A stretch of DNA of 61,827 bases, counting the filler, from Asterionella formosa (lineage: Eukaryota), in the NCBI GenBank assembly GCA_002256025.1. It is 27 parts of 27 records of this genome, joined end to end, with 100 filler letters (N's around TTAATTAATTAA, not from the genome) between each part and the next. Parts side by side here need not be neighbours in the genome. Positions count along the whole stretch, not along the records: positions 25,304 to 27,499 come from NKIB01000252.1; positions 27,600 to 29,793 come from NKIB01000253.1; positions 29,894 to 32,087 come from NKIB01000254.1; positions 32,188 to 34,379 come from NKIB01000256.1; positions 34,480 to 36,670 come from NKIB01000257.1; positions 36,771 to 38,961 come from NKIB01000258.1; 21 more parts are not named here. One strand, given 5' to 3'. Positions 25,830-37,943 of the stretch are shown here, one piece after another; positions within the stretch are counted from its first letter, which is position 1, and the number at the start of each line of letters is the position of its first letter. A program made the position numbers and the translations under genes. Under the pieces are notes generated by a model. That model saw nothing but the letters and a program-made list of their open reading frames with translations. It did not search any database and was not told the DNA's origin.

Positions 25830-26150
25830 AAAACATTTCTGTGTATATATGGTTCCAACGAGCTACACAAGGACCGGAACTCATCAATAGCACAATCAGC
25901 ACGACAAAATGAGAGGATTCGAGCCCTATACGGAAAAAAGGGGAATTCAGTCATCGAGACAGACATATTTTCAATGCAGACCTAGAAATGCTATTGAACT
26001 CAGGACTGCACAAAAATATGAGATTCCTAGAACGGGCCAATTTCCTAGTAGCGGCTTCAAGGAAATTTGTGGCGACAAACGAAACTAATTCATTTTTCAT
26101 GGCCAAAGAAAACAAGATGAAAAAAGAAACCGATAATGGCATTTCTCTAA
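25830..26150 (+). pseudogene. Possible C-terminal remnant of a non-LTR retrotransposon ORF
   Basis: RQNERIRALYGKK / FSHRDRHIFNADLEMLL resembles the tail of diatom LINE proteins; frameshifted. Confidence 0.3.
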
Positions 26151-27341
26151 GCATACAGAGGGTTCTATTAATACAACAAAATTTCATATTCAGATCCTTG
26201 ACCCACATATAGGAAATACGGTTCTCTTAGATAGGGACAAGACCAACGACAGCACAATTTTTTTGCCCGACTCCTCCATGAGGGATTGATCACCATACAA
26301 TCTTCCACCACCCTGTTATTTGGGCCATGGAGTGCAATGCATACAATTGTGTAGCGAGGCTAGTACTCATGCACTAAAAAAACTATTTATTATACCTTCC
26401 TGTAAAATTTTTACCAGTCAGTACCAGTAATAGAAACAAAACAACATCGCTCATGACAACGATGATACACAGAATATAAACAAATAAATCATGATTTATG
26501 AATCAATTGTTGTTTTCAGCTAATGATGCTGTTATTTACTCTACTTGATGTATAACGGTTGTGTATGAACAATACGGGTTTGATCCAGCAATAAATCATG
26601 GAGATATTGTTGTCATTGCCAGTCAAGTGCCATTTTGTTTCCACCAATTTTCTATTTTAGCTAGGATTTTACAATGAATATCAAAGCTATGGCAACAATT
26701 TTTTCACTACATGCTAGCGACACTTGTATTCTATCTGAGCAATAAATAAAAGTGTTAAAGATTCATACAAAACTCATTATGAGTAACAATCATTTTGCTT
26801 TTTTTGGTCATAATGGTAATGGGGAATTATGTTCAATTTTATTGTATAATGTATAGAACATGCTCGTTATGCACGTCAAATGTACTACCGGTACACCTAA
26901 TACGAGTACCGGTAGGTACAATGTTTTGATCAACGGAAGTGGGCAATGCAACATCGCCATCATCCTGTCTCCCCATCTATGTAAATCTACCGGTAGTCGT
27001 GGCTGTGTACATTAGAGTAGAGAGGAGCATGGGAAGTACGGTCGTTCTGCAATTCATGGTGGTCTTATTTAGTATATATGTGTACCGGTGAACTGTTTTT
27101 GGGTAGCACGATCCTGATGTGTATCATCACCATCAGTCTTCGTTGGTTGTATGAATCGTACCAATGGTACAGGTACCAGGTGCAAGGCAGGCAGACTACC
27201 GGTATATAAACTGGTACCATGTACCGGTAGTCTACCAGTGCAACCAACTACCCCCGGTAAAGAGTCCTCTCCTGAAGTCCCGTTACAAATTTACCGTCTA
27301 CTATTCCTCGCTTCTCGCTGTCAACGTAGTCAGAAGCCACG

Positions 27342-27499
27342 ATGAAGCCTATAAGGCAAATCAGATCTCTCATGCCTGGCAACAAAAGGCATAACGAAAT
27401 GGTTGAACACGAGCAACAAAAGGAGAAGTACGACATGAAACAGCAAACCAGTGACGATGAACACAATGCTCGTTTTGAAGAGCTCCAGGCCATGAAGCG
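27342..27499 (+). CDS. Possible 5' start of an unknown host gene (truncated)
   Basis: ATG-initiated charged, coiled-coil-like ORF running to the contig end, preceded by a GTAC-rich region. Confidence 0.35.
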
Positions 27500-27600
27500 N
27501 NNNNNNNNNNNNNNNNNNNNNNNNNNNNNNNNNNNNNNNNNNNTTAATTAATTAANNNNNNNNNNNNNNNNNNNNNNNNNNNNNNNNNNNNNNNNNNNNT

Positions 27601-29085
27601 CTCCGTACTGCTGACAATCATCTCGTCCACACCGTTTTCAAACACATCAGTCTCGACTTGCGCCCTGATTCCCATGTTCCTCTGCTTGTTCCGTGCCCTC
27701 CCCCCTTTGACTCCTTCTCTGGTTTTTCTCCTGGCACAAAAGAGGTCCTTCTGTCTGTTGACCGCTTGTCACTTCGGGACCGTCACACCCTCACGGCCGC
27801 CCCCATTGTTACCTCATCCCTTTTCGATGGCACTTCTGCTTCCATGTCGGATTTTCAATGCCAATTCGGCGAGTTCATGACCATTGAACATTTTCATCAC
27901 ACTGGTTTGCTTTCTATCCTGGATGCCCGTGGTGTGCCTCGCGATATCTTCCGTGATTCCAACTCCCTTGTGCTAAGTGATTTTGAGCGTGCCGACGCCC
28001 GGCTCCTCTCTGACTCTTCCCCGTCTGGCCTTGCTCTCGCTAAACTCTCTACTTTGCTTTTTCTTAAGCTCCAAAATTTGTGTACTCCTGCTTTCCAGGC
28101 CACTCTTCGTGGCTCCTACAAGCCTTTCTATGGAACTTCCTTTCTTCTGTATTATGCCTACATGTTGGAGTACTGTCATATGTCCGGCGTTGGTACAGTT
28201 ATCGATATCGAGCTCGCTCGTGAACAGTTGAGCCAATCCAAGCTTGTTCTTGCTTTCCGCACCCACCTCTATGATGTCGTTAAATTCTTTGCTGACATTG
28301 TCCGCCTTGTTGATCAACTCTCTCGTCTTGGCAGTTCCAAAGAAGATTTATGCGGTGCTATTCTATTTGCATTATCTACCTGTCCCGATGCTGATTTTGT
28401 TCGTTTCATCAATGCCCTTCGCCGTGATTTTATTCTCAAACAGGGTTCATTTTTCCATACATTTACGGATACCGCCCAGTTCGACTACCTTCGCAAAACT
28501 ACTGTTGCTGAATTTTCTCTTCTTTCCAAGGACAACCGCTACAATGTTGGCTCTTCTGCCGATGGTTTTGTTCTTGTTGCTGGTAAACATCAGCCTCCTC
28601 CCATCCCTGGACTTCCGGTTCCTCCTGCTGGCGGTCCTACCTTTGCCAATAAAGCCGACTGGGAATATCAACCCCCCCTTCCCGGCAAATCCAACAAACG
28701 CGAGGTGGAGGGGCGTTCCCTTTACTGGTGTGTTCATCATGCGCACAGCCCCCGCTGCCTTCATTTCATCAATACCGGTCAGTGGGTTGTTCACCATCCA
28801 ACCCAGTGTCGTCTCAAGAAGACCAAATCTCGTCCTCCGTCTGTTCCTCCTCCGGTTCCTGCCACTGCTCTTGTTGCTGCTACCCCTGCTGTCCCCACTG
28901 TTCTCCCTTCTCCCGCCACCGGTGCTCTTAGCTACTCTACTGTTGCTTCTGGTGAACCCCTCCTTATGCGCACAAAGCTCAAACAAGTGCTTGATGGCGG
29001 TGATCCCACTCAGGTGGCTGGTTTATTTGCTGCCTACCACGCCTCCTGTCTCCTTGATGATGTGCCCCTTGGTGATGCTCTCTGA
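27601..29085 (+). CDS. Gag of a CoDi-like Ty1/copia element (5'-truncated)
   Basis: Open from the contig start; Zn-knuckle variant LYWCVHH..C..GQWVVHHPTQC; Pro/Ala-rich tail; ends TGA. Confidence 0.75.
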   Translation, partial: LRTADNHLVHTVFKHISLDLRPDSHVPLLVPCPPPFDSFSGFSPGTKEVLLSVDRLSLRDRHTLTAAPIVTSSLFDGTSASMSDFQCQFGEFMTIEHFHHTGLLSILDARGVPRDIFRDSNSLVLSDFERADARLLSDSSPSGLALAKLSTLLFLKLQNLCTPAFQATLRGSYKPFYGTSFLLYYAYMLEYCHMSGVGTVIDIELAREQLSQSKLVLAFRTHLYDVVKFFADIVRLVDQLSRLGSSKEDLCGAILFALSTCPDADFVRFINALRRDFILKQGSFFHTFTDTAQFDYLRKTTVAEFSLLSKDNRYNVGSSADGFVLVAGKHQPPPIPGLPVPPAGGPTFANKADWEYQPPLPGKSNKREVEGRSLYWCVHHAHSPRCLHFINTGQWVVHHPTQCRLKKTKSRPPSVPPPVPATALVAATPAVPTVLPSPATGALSYSTVASGEPLLMRTKLKQVLDGGDPTQVAGLFAAYHASCLLDDVPLGDAL

Positions 29086-29793
29086 TTCTGGGGTCCGGCT
29101 GGACATGTTTACATTTCAATTTTTATGATGTGTTGTTACATGCATATTGCTCCTTATTTTGGATACCTCTCCATTCTTTGCAATATTCCAAATTTTGCCT
29201 GCAGACCTCTCTATCTTCTCTTGTCCTCTCTGAAACTTTTGTCTGGTTTCCTTCCTTCTCCACATCTCTTTGCTGCTGGTGTCCTTTTCTACATCCTTAC
29301 TCGTCACCTCTGCGCTATTATTTTCTACACGTCTACTTTGCTTGATTCCTTCTGTGGTCCTTCCCGCATTGTTCCCGCCTACTTTGCCTACCCCTCTACA
29401 CTCCTTATTTTCTCCCACGTTATGCTCTCTATGCACTTCATGTTCTTTTTACGTGGTCACTCTCCTTTGCGCTCTTTGTTCCTTTTGGACATTCTTTTTA
29501 GTTCCAATTTTCCGTCTCCCCATGGCCTCCTACTCCCTCTCTTTTCCTATATCTACCCTGGTCTATATGCTACTTATATTTTCGCTTCCCGTGGTTCCCG
29601 TACACTCCTCTATTTGATTCTTGCTTCGCTCCCGCGTCTTTTTCCTCTTGGCTACCTCAAATGCGCTTTCTCTCAACGTTTATCTTTCTCTACTGCCGCC
29701 CTCACTCAATTTGGTGTCATGACTCTTTCCGCGGCTACTTTGGATATCCTTCCCTCTACCTTCATTAACTTTGATGTTGACACGTATGATGTT
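29086..29793 (+). CDS. In-frame continuation after the gag TGA: hydrophobic multi-TM segment leading to the probable pre-protease motif
   Basis: Same frame as gag, no stop for 236 codons, Leu/Phe/Ile/Tyr-rich; ends INFDVDTYDV, like the FD.DS motif that precedes the protease in CoDi elements. Confidence 0.6.
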
Positions 29794-30379
29794 NNNNNNN
29801 NNNNNNNNNNNNNNNNNNNNNNNNNNNNNNNNNNNNNTTAATTAATTAANNNNNNNNNNNNNNNNNNNNNNNNNNNNNNNNNNNNNNNNNNNNAAACTTT
29901 TCAATTTTCCTGAAATAAACATGATCTGGAAGTCTGGTCAAACAGAGTGTGATGTTCAGGTGTGTTCCTATATCAAAATAACACAATTTGTTGGAAAAAT
30001 TTACACAAGTGTGTGACAAGCTAGATTAGACTCTCCAGGAGTACACATTTATTGCAATGATTATCATAGTAGTCTACAGATCAAAATATGGTAATAATCA
30101 TATTTAGCTATATATGTCATTTGCTATAATTCATACTATGTTATGGTTGCTCATTGTCATAGCAGCTGGGAGGGGACTAAATAACAATATGGTACTAATA
30201 ATACCAGGTAGATTGGAGAGAGTTATTTCCAGACAAGGAGCCCAAGATGCAACTTACAAAATTCGTTGGTCTGGTTTCTACTCCATTGAATTTTCGGTGA
30301 ACAAGGTCCTTATTGTTGGGAGGTGCCGTCGCTTCTCCTATGTTGGTCTTTTGATGGAAACCTGAGAAGATGATAAGGT

Positions 30380-30717
30380 CCACAATAATCTCGCCTTGAC
30401 ATCAGCCATCATGTATACTGAGGGTCGATGAGTGATTATTCAAGTGCGCAAATTTGCTCTGTATCATCGGTTACAGAGCTGTCAAATGACTGTACAGGGC
30501 CGTCTCCAGTCCCTCCTCTGTATTGTCCACTCAATAGGCTCCAACAGCTTTGGTTGAGGCCATCAGAGTCAATTCGAACACAATGATGTGCATGCGTATG
30601 TGGTGTAGCAGCCATCACAGTAGTGTCATGAAGCCAACTGAGTTTTGTGTGGCAAACAAAATAATGGTGGTTTATATGAAGGCTATGTAGTAGGCTAGGG
30701 TCAAAAAATGGGGACGT
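30380..30717 (+). repeat. Subterminal region of a DNA-transposon-like repeat shared with 46992-47330
   Basis: CCACAAT.ATCTCGCCTTGACATCA, TTGAGGCCATCAGAGTCAATT, GGTGGTTTATATGAAGGCTATGTAG in both. Confidence 0.88.
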
Positions 30718-30722
30718 GCCGA

Positions 30723-32087
30723 CATAAGAAAGAAGAAGCATCCTAAGATTAGGAAGCAAATTCTCAAGTATGGCGTTGAGGTCCCACAAAATGTCACCCA
30801 TGCAATGGAATTGGACAAGCAAAGTGGAAACACATTCTGGCAAGAGGCAATCAAACGTGAAATCTCCTCACTTGTCGAAATGGAATGTTTTGAATTTAAG
30901 AAGCCAGATTTTAACCCTGGAGTCGGATATCAATGGACAACACTGACAGTGATCTTTGACGTCAAACAAGATCTACGGCGCAAGGCAAGACTTGTGGCTG
31001 GCGGACATCTAGTTGACGCACTTGACAACAATATTTACTCTTCAACTGTGAAAGGCATAAGTGTTAGAATGCTACATGTGATTGCACACAAGCAGAACTT
31101 GAAGCTGCTTTGTGGCGATGTTGGAAATGCTTACGTCAATGCATACACTAATGAGCTAGTATACTCCCGTGCTGGACCAGAATTTGGAGAGGAGTTGAGG
31201 GGATCAATCATTCTCATCCGAAAAGCACTATATGGTTTGAGATCAAGCTCTGAGCGTTGGTGGACGCATTTTGCGGACACGATCCGGGGAATGGGGTTCC
31301 AGCCAACTAGGTACAACAAAGATGTGTGGTACAAGATGAGCAATGATACTTCACACTATGAATATGTCTGCACCCACTCAGATGACTTCATGATAGTGTC
31401 AAAAACTCCTGAAGTAATTATGGAAGGACTCAAGCAGGTCTATACAATCAAGTCTGAAGGTCCTCCAGAATATTATCTTGGGAACGACTTCAAGAAGGAC
31501 AAGAAGGGCAGGTGGTGTTTTGGATGCAAGAAATACATACAAGAGTCGATTGCAAGAATTGAGGTGATGTTTGGTGTGCAACCCAAAAGTACAATTCCAA
31601 TGAGTGCAAATGATCATCCAGAATTCGATGACACCACACTACTTAGTGATGACGAACATCGAAAGTTTCAGATGTTAATTGGCATGTTGAATTGGGTAGT
31701 AACAATTGGGAGATTTGATGTTGCACACGCCACAATGTCATTGTCAAGATTCTCTGCATGTCCAAGAAAAGGACACCTTGAGCGGGTATTGAAAGTGTTT
31801 GGCTACCTCAAGAGGAGGCCAAATAGGCGAATTGTTGTGGATTCTAGGTCGCCTGACTTCTCTTGACTCAGATCATGCCCATGACAAGATCACACGCAGG
31901 TCAGTGACCGGTTTGATTATATTCGTTGGAAGAACACCAGTATTCTTTATGAGTAGGCGGCAAGGAGCAGTGGAGACATCAACATACGGCGCTGAGTTTT
32001 GTGCTATGCGCATTGCAGTTGAAGAAACCATAGCTATTCGTTATATGCTACGCTCAATGGGAGTGCGGGTGGCTCATGCCTCATACC
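30723..32087 (+). mobile_element. CoDi-type Ty1/copia reverse transcriptase and RNase H (deletion/frameshift at ~31863)
   Basis: KYGVEVP..ELDK.SGNTFW, FDVKQDLRRKARLVAGGH, GDVGNAY, KALYGLRSS, THSDDF, PRKGHLER; then DSDHAHDKITRRSVTG, VETSTYGAEF. Confidence 0.95.
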
Positions 32088-34479
32088 NNNNNNNNNNNNN
32101 NNNNNNNNNNNNNNNNNNNNNNNNNNNNNNNTTAATTAATTAANNNNNNNNNNNNNNNNNNNNNNNNNNNNNNNNNNNNNNNNNNNNGAGACTTTTTCAA
32201 GATAATTTACAGATTAACTCACTGGGGGAACTACTTTTGAATATATTATGATAGCATCAATAGCAATTTTTTTCTTGTTACCTATATGACAACCACCAAT
32301 TTCAGGTCACCAGAAGGTATTATGATATAAGATAGTATCAATATCTTCGAAAGGACAACATTTCTATTACCTGATTACATTATGTCTTGTATGATTAACC
32401 ATGCTAAGCATAGCCCTATTTTGATAATTTATAATCATCAAGTAAACCTAGGAGGGCCCAATTTTCGCGTACAGGCGCATTGCTCGCATTGTTCTTGATC
32501 AGTATACTGTACGTAATATTTACCAGTATCAGTATACCAGTATACTGTTGGATTGGAATAAAGTAACTGTAATAATAACTGGTGGGACTCCCCAATACCA
32601 TACTGCCTCACGTTAGTAGAACTATAACTGGTATACTGCTGGAAGCCAAAAAATGGCTCGCAGTTAACTGCAGTATGAAATCACCGACCTATGCACGATA
32701 GGGCCCCTGTTGTACCTGGTACTATACCATACCATGTACCTACCGGTAGGATAAAGCACTTCGATCCAAATTATGGCTTGGTGGCCCCCTTAAAGTACAT
32801 CAGGTACACAACGGCCCATTGTACCAGTACCGGTAGCTGGTTCTACATTTGTAAATTTTAGCACAGCCCAATATTTGTTTTGAATACATAAAAGTAGAGT
32901 CGTCCAAGTTGATGTCGTTCATTTCCTCTTCATTAAATATATGAATGAACATACCACTTGTTAATAATAAACCATCATGAATCTCTTGACAAATACATGC
33001 CACATACACTGAGGAGCCACAGCCTCACACTTGATTGCTACACTCACCATGATGATACCTCTGTTTGTCATTGTTTGATCTTCACCATCAACTCCTTGCT
33101 ATAACTATGATCGACCAGCAATGCCATCCTCATTGAGTCTCAGATGTTCTTGGTGACAGGTAGTACCATTCGTTCCATGTTCCATGAGCTTGTTGGAAAC
33201 TTGCAATTGATTTTCAGTGACGAAGGGAGAACGAATAGAAAGAAACATGACAAATGGTAACAATACTAACAAGCAAGGCACTGAAGGTAATCCTTGCCCG
33301 TCAGCATAAATCCAATGCCCATGTCTGAACATGAAGAGGCGATTTGTCAGAATTGCCAAAAGCTTGCTGTGGTGAATTCTGTCTACAAGTTTCAACCAAA
33401 AAACAAGGAAAGGAGAAAGATATCTACAGGTTTCAACGACAAGTACAAGAAGGATTTGATCCATTTCGAAGTAATTTAAAATGATGCAATTGATAGGAGA
33501 GTCTTGGAATTGAGAGGATTGATTTTCGTGGTGACAAGAGAATGCCTTGCATCAATCAAGGATACAAGATTGATGTTATGGGGAATGTGGGTCCTCCTTT
33601 ATTGTTTGTTGAAACAGGAACATGTACCCACGCAAATTCATTTCTGAAATTGAGTGGGCTCAACATATTTGATGTACCACTATAATTTCTGTTTGTAAAC
33701 ATCTTTGGAGGAAGGAAAAAAGAAAGGCAACTAAATCTTGAATGCATTGCATTTTGGTCTCAACCAACGGCCATACATACTTTAATATAATTGTTGCGAA
33801 GTAGACAAAGAAAGATGGACCAAAGCAATGAACATACTTGTTCTCAACCACATATGATTCATAATGCTGCGATATAATTGAACTTATTAATCCTTTCCAC
33901 TTACTAATGTATGTTATTAATTATATTCTAGCATTAACTATCTTCCTTGGCAGTTTTGAGGTTCATCAAACTTGTCATGGTTCATTCCTCCTTCTCAGAC
34001 CAAATGTCCTGTGCATTTTGCTTTGTAATTTCAAAATGTTTGCTTTGCTTTGCCTTGCCTTGACAACCAATGTTAAAATCGCTCAAAACTAAATTGGAAT
34101 GAGTGCCCTCAAGGAACCATCATCTCATAGTTCCAATTCTTGAACCAGCAGTGAACAAGCAATCCACAAGATCACATTAAGGAACAAAGATAAGAGAAGG
34201 TAAGTGATGGCCATTGCAATGGCCGTTGTGATGACCAAAAACAAGCACTTTTGAGGATAAATATTTAAAAGGTGACCAGTCAAGATTCTCAAGGCCTGCT
34301 TATCCCAATCCAATGGTTATTTGTCTAATCTTTGCACTTGGAATGTATTTATGTCAATTCAATGCAGCTGTTGAAAATANNNNNNNNNNNNNNNNNNNNN
34401 NNNNNNNNNNNNNNNNNNNNNNNTTAATTAATTAANNNNNNNNNNNNNNNNNNNNNNNNNNNNNNNNNNNNNNNNNNNN

Positions 34480-36670
34480 TCTCCGTACTGCTGACAATCA
34501 TCTCGTCCACACCGTTTTCAAACACATCAGTCTCGACTTGCGCCCTGATTCCCATGTTCCTCTGCTTGTTCCGTGCCCTCCCCCCTTTGACTCCTTCTCT
34601 GGTTTTTCCCCTGGCACAAAATAGGTCCTTCTGTCTGTTGACCGCTTGTCACTTCGGGACCGCCACACCCTCACGGCCGCCCCCATTGTTACCTCATCCC
34701 TTTTCGATGGCACTTCTGCTTCCATGCAGGATTTTCAATGCCAATTCGGCGAGTTCATGACAATTGAACATTTTCATCACACTGGTTTGCTTTCTATCCT
34801 GGATGCCCGTGGTGTGCCTCGTGATATCTTCCGTGATTCCAACTCCCTTGTGCTAAGTGATTTTGAGCGTGCCGACGCCCGGCTCCTCTCTGACTCTTCC
34901 CCGTCTGGCCTTGCTCTCGTTAAACTCTCTACTTTGCTTTTTCTTAAGCTCCAAAATCTGTGTACTCCTGCTTTCCAGGCCACTCTTCGTGGCTCCTACA
35001 AGCCTTTCTATGGAACTTCCTTTCTTCTGTATTATGCCTACATGTTGGAGTACTGTCATATGTCTGGTGTTGGTACAGTTATCGATATCGAGCTCGCTCG
35101 TGAACAGTTGAGCCAATCCAAGCTTGTTCTTGCTTTCCGCACCCACCTCTATGATGTCGTTAAATTCTTTGCTGACATTGTCCGCCTTGTTGATCAACTC
35201 TCTCGTCTTGGCAGTTCCAAAGAAGATTTATGCGGTGCTATTCTATTTGCATTATCTACCTGTCCCGATGCTGATTTTGTTCGCTTCATCAATGCCCTTC
35301 GCCGTGATTTTATTCTCAAATAGGGTTCATTTTTCCATACATTTACGGATACCTCCCAGTTCGACTACCTTCGCAAAACTACTGTTGCTGAATTTTCTCT
35401 TCTTTCCAAGGACAACCGCTACAATGTTGGCTCTTCTGCAGATGGTTTTGTTTTTGTTGCTGGTAAACATCAGCCTCCTCCCATCCCTGGACTTCCGGTT
35501 CCTCCTGCTGGCAGTCCTACCTTTGCCAATAAAGCCGACTGGGAATATCAACCCCCCCTTCCCGGAAAATCCAACAAACGCGAGGTGGAGGGGCGTTCCC
35601 TTTACTGGTGTGTTCATCATGCGCACAGCCCCCGCTGCCTTCATTTCATCAATACCGGTCAGTGGGTTGTTCACCATCCAACCCAGTGTCGTCTCAAGAA
35701 GACCAAATCTCGTCCTCCATCTGTTCCTCCTCCGGTTCCTGCCACTGCTCTTGTTGCTGCTACCCCTGCTGTCCCCGCTGTTCTCCCTTCTCCCGCCACC
35801 GGTGCTCTTAGCTACTCTACTGTTGCTTCTGGTGAACCCCTCCTTATGCGCACAAAGCTCAAACAAGTGCTCGATAGCGGTGATCCCACTCATGTGGCTG
35901 GTTTATTTGCTGCCTACCACGCCTCCTGTCTCCTTGATGATGTGCCCCTTGGTGATGCTCTCTGATTCTGGGGTCCGGCTGGACATGTTTACATTTCAAT
36001 TTTTATGATGTGTTGTTACATGCATATTGCTCCTTATTTTGGATACCTCTCCATTCTTTGCAATATTCCAATTTCGCCTGCAGACCTCTCTATCTTCTCT
36101 TGTCCTCTCTGAAACTTTTGTCTGGTTTCCTTTCTTCTCCACATCTCTTTGCTGCTGGTGTTCTTTTCTACATCCTTACTCGTCACCTCTGCGCTATTAT
36201 TTTCTACACGTCTACTTTGCTTGATTCCTTCTGTGGTCCTTCCCATATTGTTCCCGCCTTCTTTGCCTACCCCTCTACACTCCTTATTTTCTCCCACGTT
36301 ATGCTCTCTATGCACTTCATGTTCTTTTTACGTGGTCACTCTCCTTTGCGCTCTTTGTTCCTTTTGACATTTTTTTAGTTCCAATTTTCCGTCTCTCCAT
36401 GGTCTCCTACTCCCTCTCTTTTTCTATATCTACCCTGGTCTATATGCTACCTATATTTTCGCTTCCCGTGGTTCCCATACACTCCTCTATTTGATTCTTA
36501 CTTCGCTCCAGCGTATTTTTCATCTTGGCTACCTCAAATGTGGTTTCTCTCAACGTTTATCTCTCTCTACTGCCGCCCTCACTCAATTTGGTGTCATGAC
36601 TCTTTCCGCGGCTACTTTGGATATCCTTCCCTCTACCTTCATTAACTTTGATGTTGACACGTATGATGTT
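34480..36670 (+). pseudogene. Second, defective copy of the 27600-29793 copia gag + hydrophobic region
   Basis: Nearly identical at an offset of 6880; premature TAG at 34622 and 35321; small deletions near 36070 and 36370; gag TGA retained at 35963-35965. Confidence 0.93.
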
Positions 36671-36770
36671 NNNNNNNNNNNNNNNNNNNNNNNNNNNNNN
36701 NNNNNNNNNNNNNNTTAATTAATTAANNNNNNNNNNNNNNNNNNNNNNNNNNNNNNNNNNNNNNNNNNNN

Positions 36771-37633
36771 AATGTACAGGTGTGAGGCATACTCTTCCTG
36801 ACATATGTTGCGTCACTTACAAGTGATTGCAGCACAGAACCGGGAATGACCATAGACAAAGTTTTCCAAAACATGTCGATATTGTTGGAAAGTAATGTAT
36901 TCGAGATCACCATCTTGTCAGTGAATGCTCCATAGGCAATCAATGACATTACCTTGCCTGTCATTTGCCTATAGCAATCACGACAGAGTATGGTTTTAGA
37001 ACCGAATGTGTTCTTGATGAGTGAATTGGTAGCCTCATCATTTCTGAGGTTCCCTAAAATTTGTTTAAAGCCCAGGTCAAGAAAAGGACAATCTTTTGTT
37101 CCGAAAAATTGGTCCGGGAGGAAAGACAAATTCAACAAAAATATCTTGGAAGATAGAGTCCCTTCAATCTGTAGCATGAAATCATCATCAATAATCAAAT
37201 GAACAGTTTTCATCGCGTCTGCAACTTTTTGTAAGAAAATGTTGAGATGTTTAATGCGGTCACATTGGTTCGAAGGCCAAACCTCATCAACAAAGCTTCT
37301 AGCAAACTTGACATTGCTATGATCAATAACAAGTGCATGCCATCCAATCTTCTTTCCGCCCTTCTTTTTAATGAAAGTTGACGAATTCACTGACTCCAGT
37401 CTCCTGAACATGACGTCCAATAAACTATCAAGGTCCGCATTCACGGTATCTTCGACATGACCTTGTAGGAAATGACGAATTAAAATACGGTGAGTGTGGT
37501 CACGATGCTGATCAAGCAGTACTCGAAGTCTCCATTTAACCACAACCCGATATGTGTTCTCAGGAAGTGGAACTGGAAGAATGGGGATAATTCTTCCAAG
37601 TCGGGATGCACGTAGGCTGTTCGAGATCACCAT
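36771..37633 (-). CDS. Unknown protein, probable second ORF of the Plavaka-like transposon (3'-truncated; may begin near 37866 via an intron or frameshift)
   Basis: About 290 open codons directly downstream of the transposase on the same strand; no motif recognised. Confidence 0.5.
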
Positions 37634-37943
37634 TGATTTTTTTAAACCGAGATAGGATACGGTACCAATTTTTCCAACGAAAGAACTTGGCTCTCTATTG
37701 ATGAGGATGACACGGACACCGACTTTTTATTTGCAGACGCAAGGAACGATTTTCTTGATTTCGGAAGGCTTCCGGGCATGGTCGAGAACTGATTTATTGG
37801 AGACCCTGTCGTACACATTGACCAGCGCTCGCTTTGGCCTTCGTGTAGCATACAACGTTCATACATATAGCTACCGGTAGCTAATATATATATTAATAGA
37901 AATAACTAGTACTGCTGTGTTGTGTGCATGCATATCTAGAATC

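Noticed and set aside
16686..29085. Alternative genetic code with TGA/TAG reassigned
   Set aside because: Intact host and TE ORFs in the window are open under the standard code; in-frame stops occur only at gag ends or in copies with other lesions
28244..29128. 294-aa overlapping hydrophobic ORF present in both gag copies (also 35124-36008)
   Set aside because: Expected by-product of an A-poor, T/C-rich strand with few stops; the copies are too similar for conservation to be informative
32188..34379. Short ORFs in AT-rich contigs (also 1140-3600, 11511-12300, 40300-41250)
   Set aside because: Stop-riddled with no motif I can identify; probably old TE debris but not assignable
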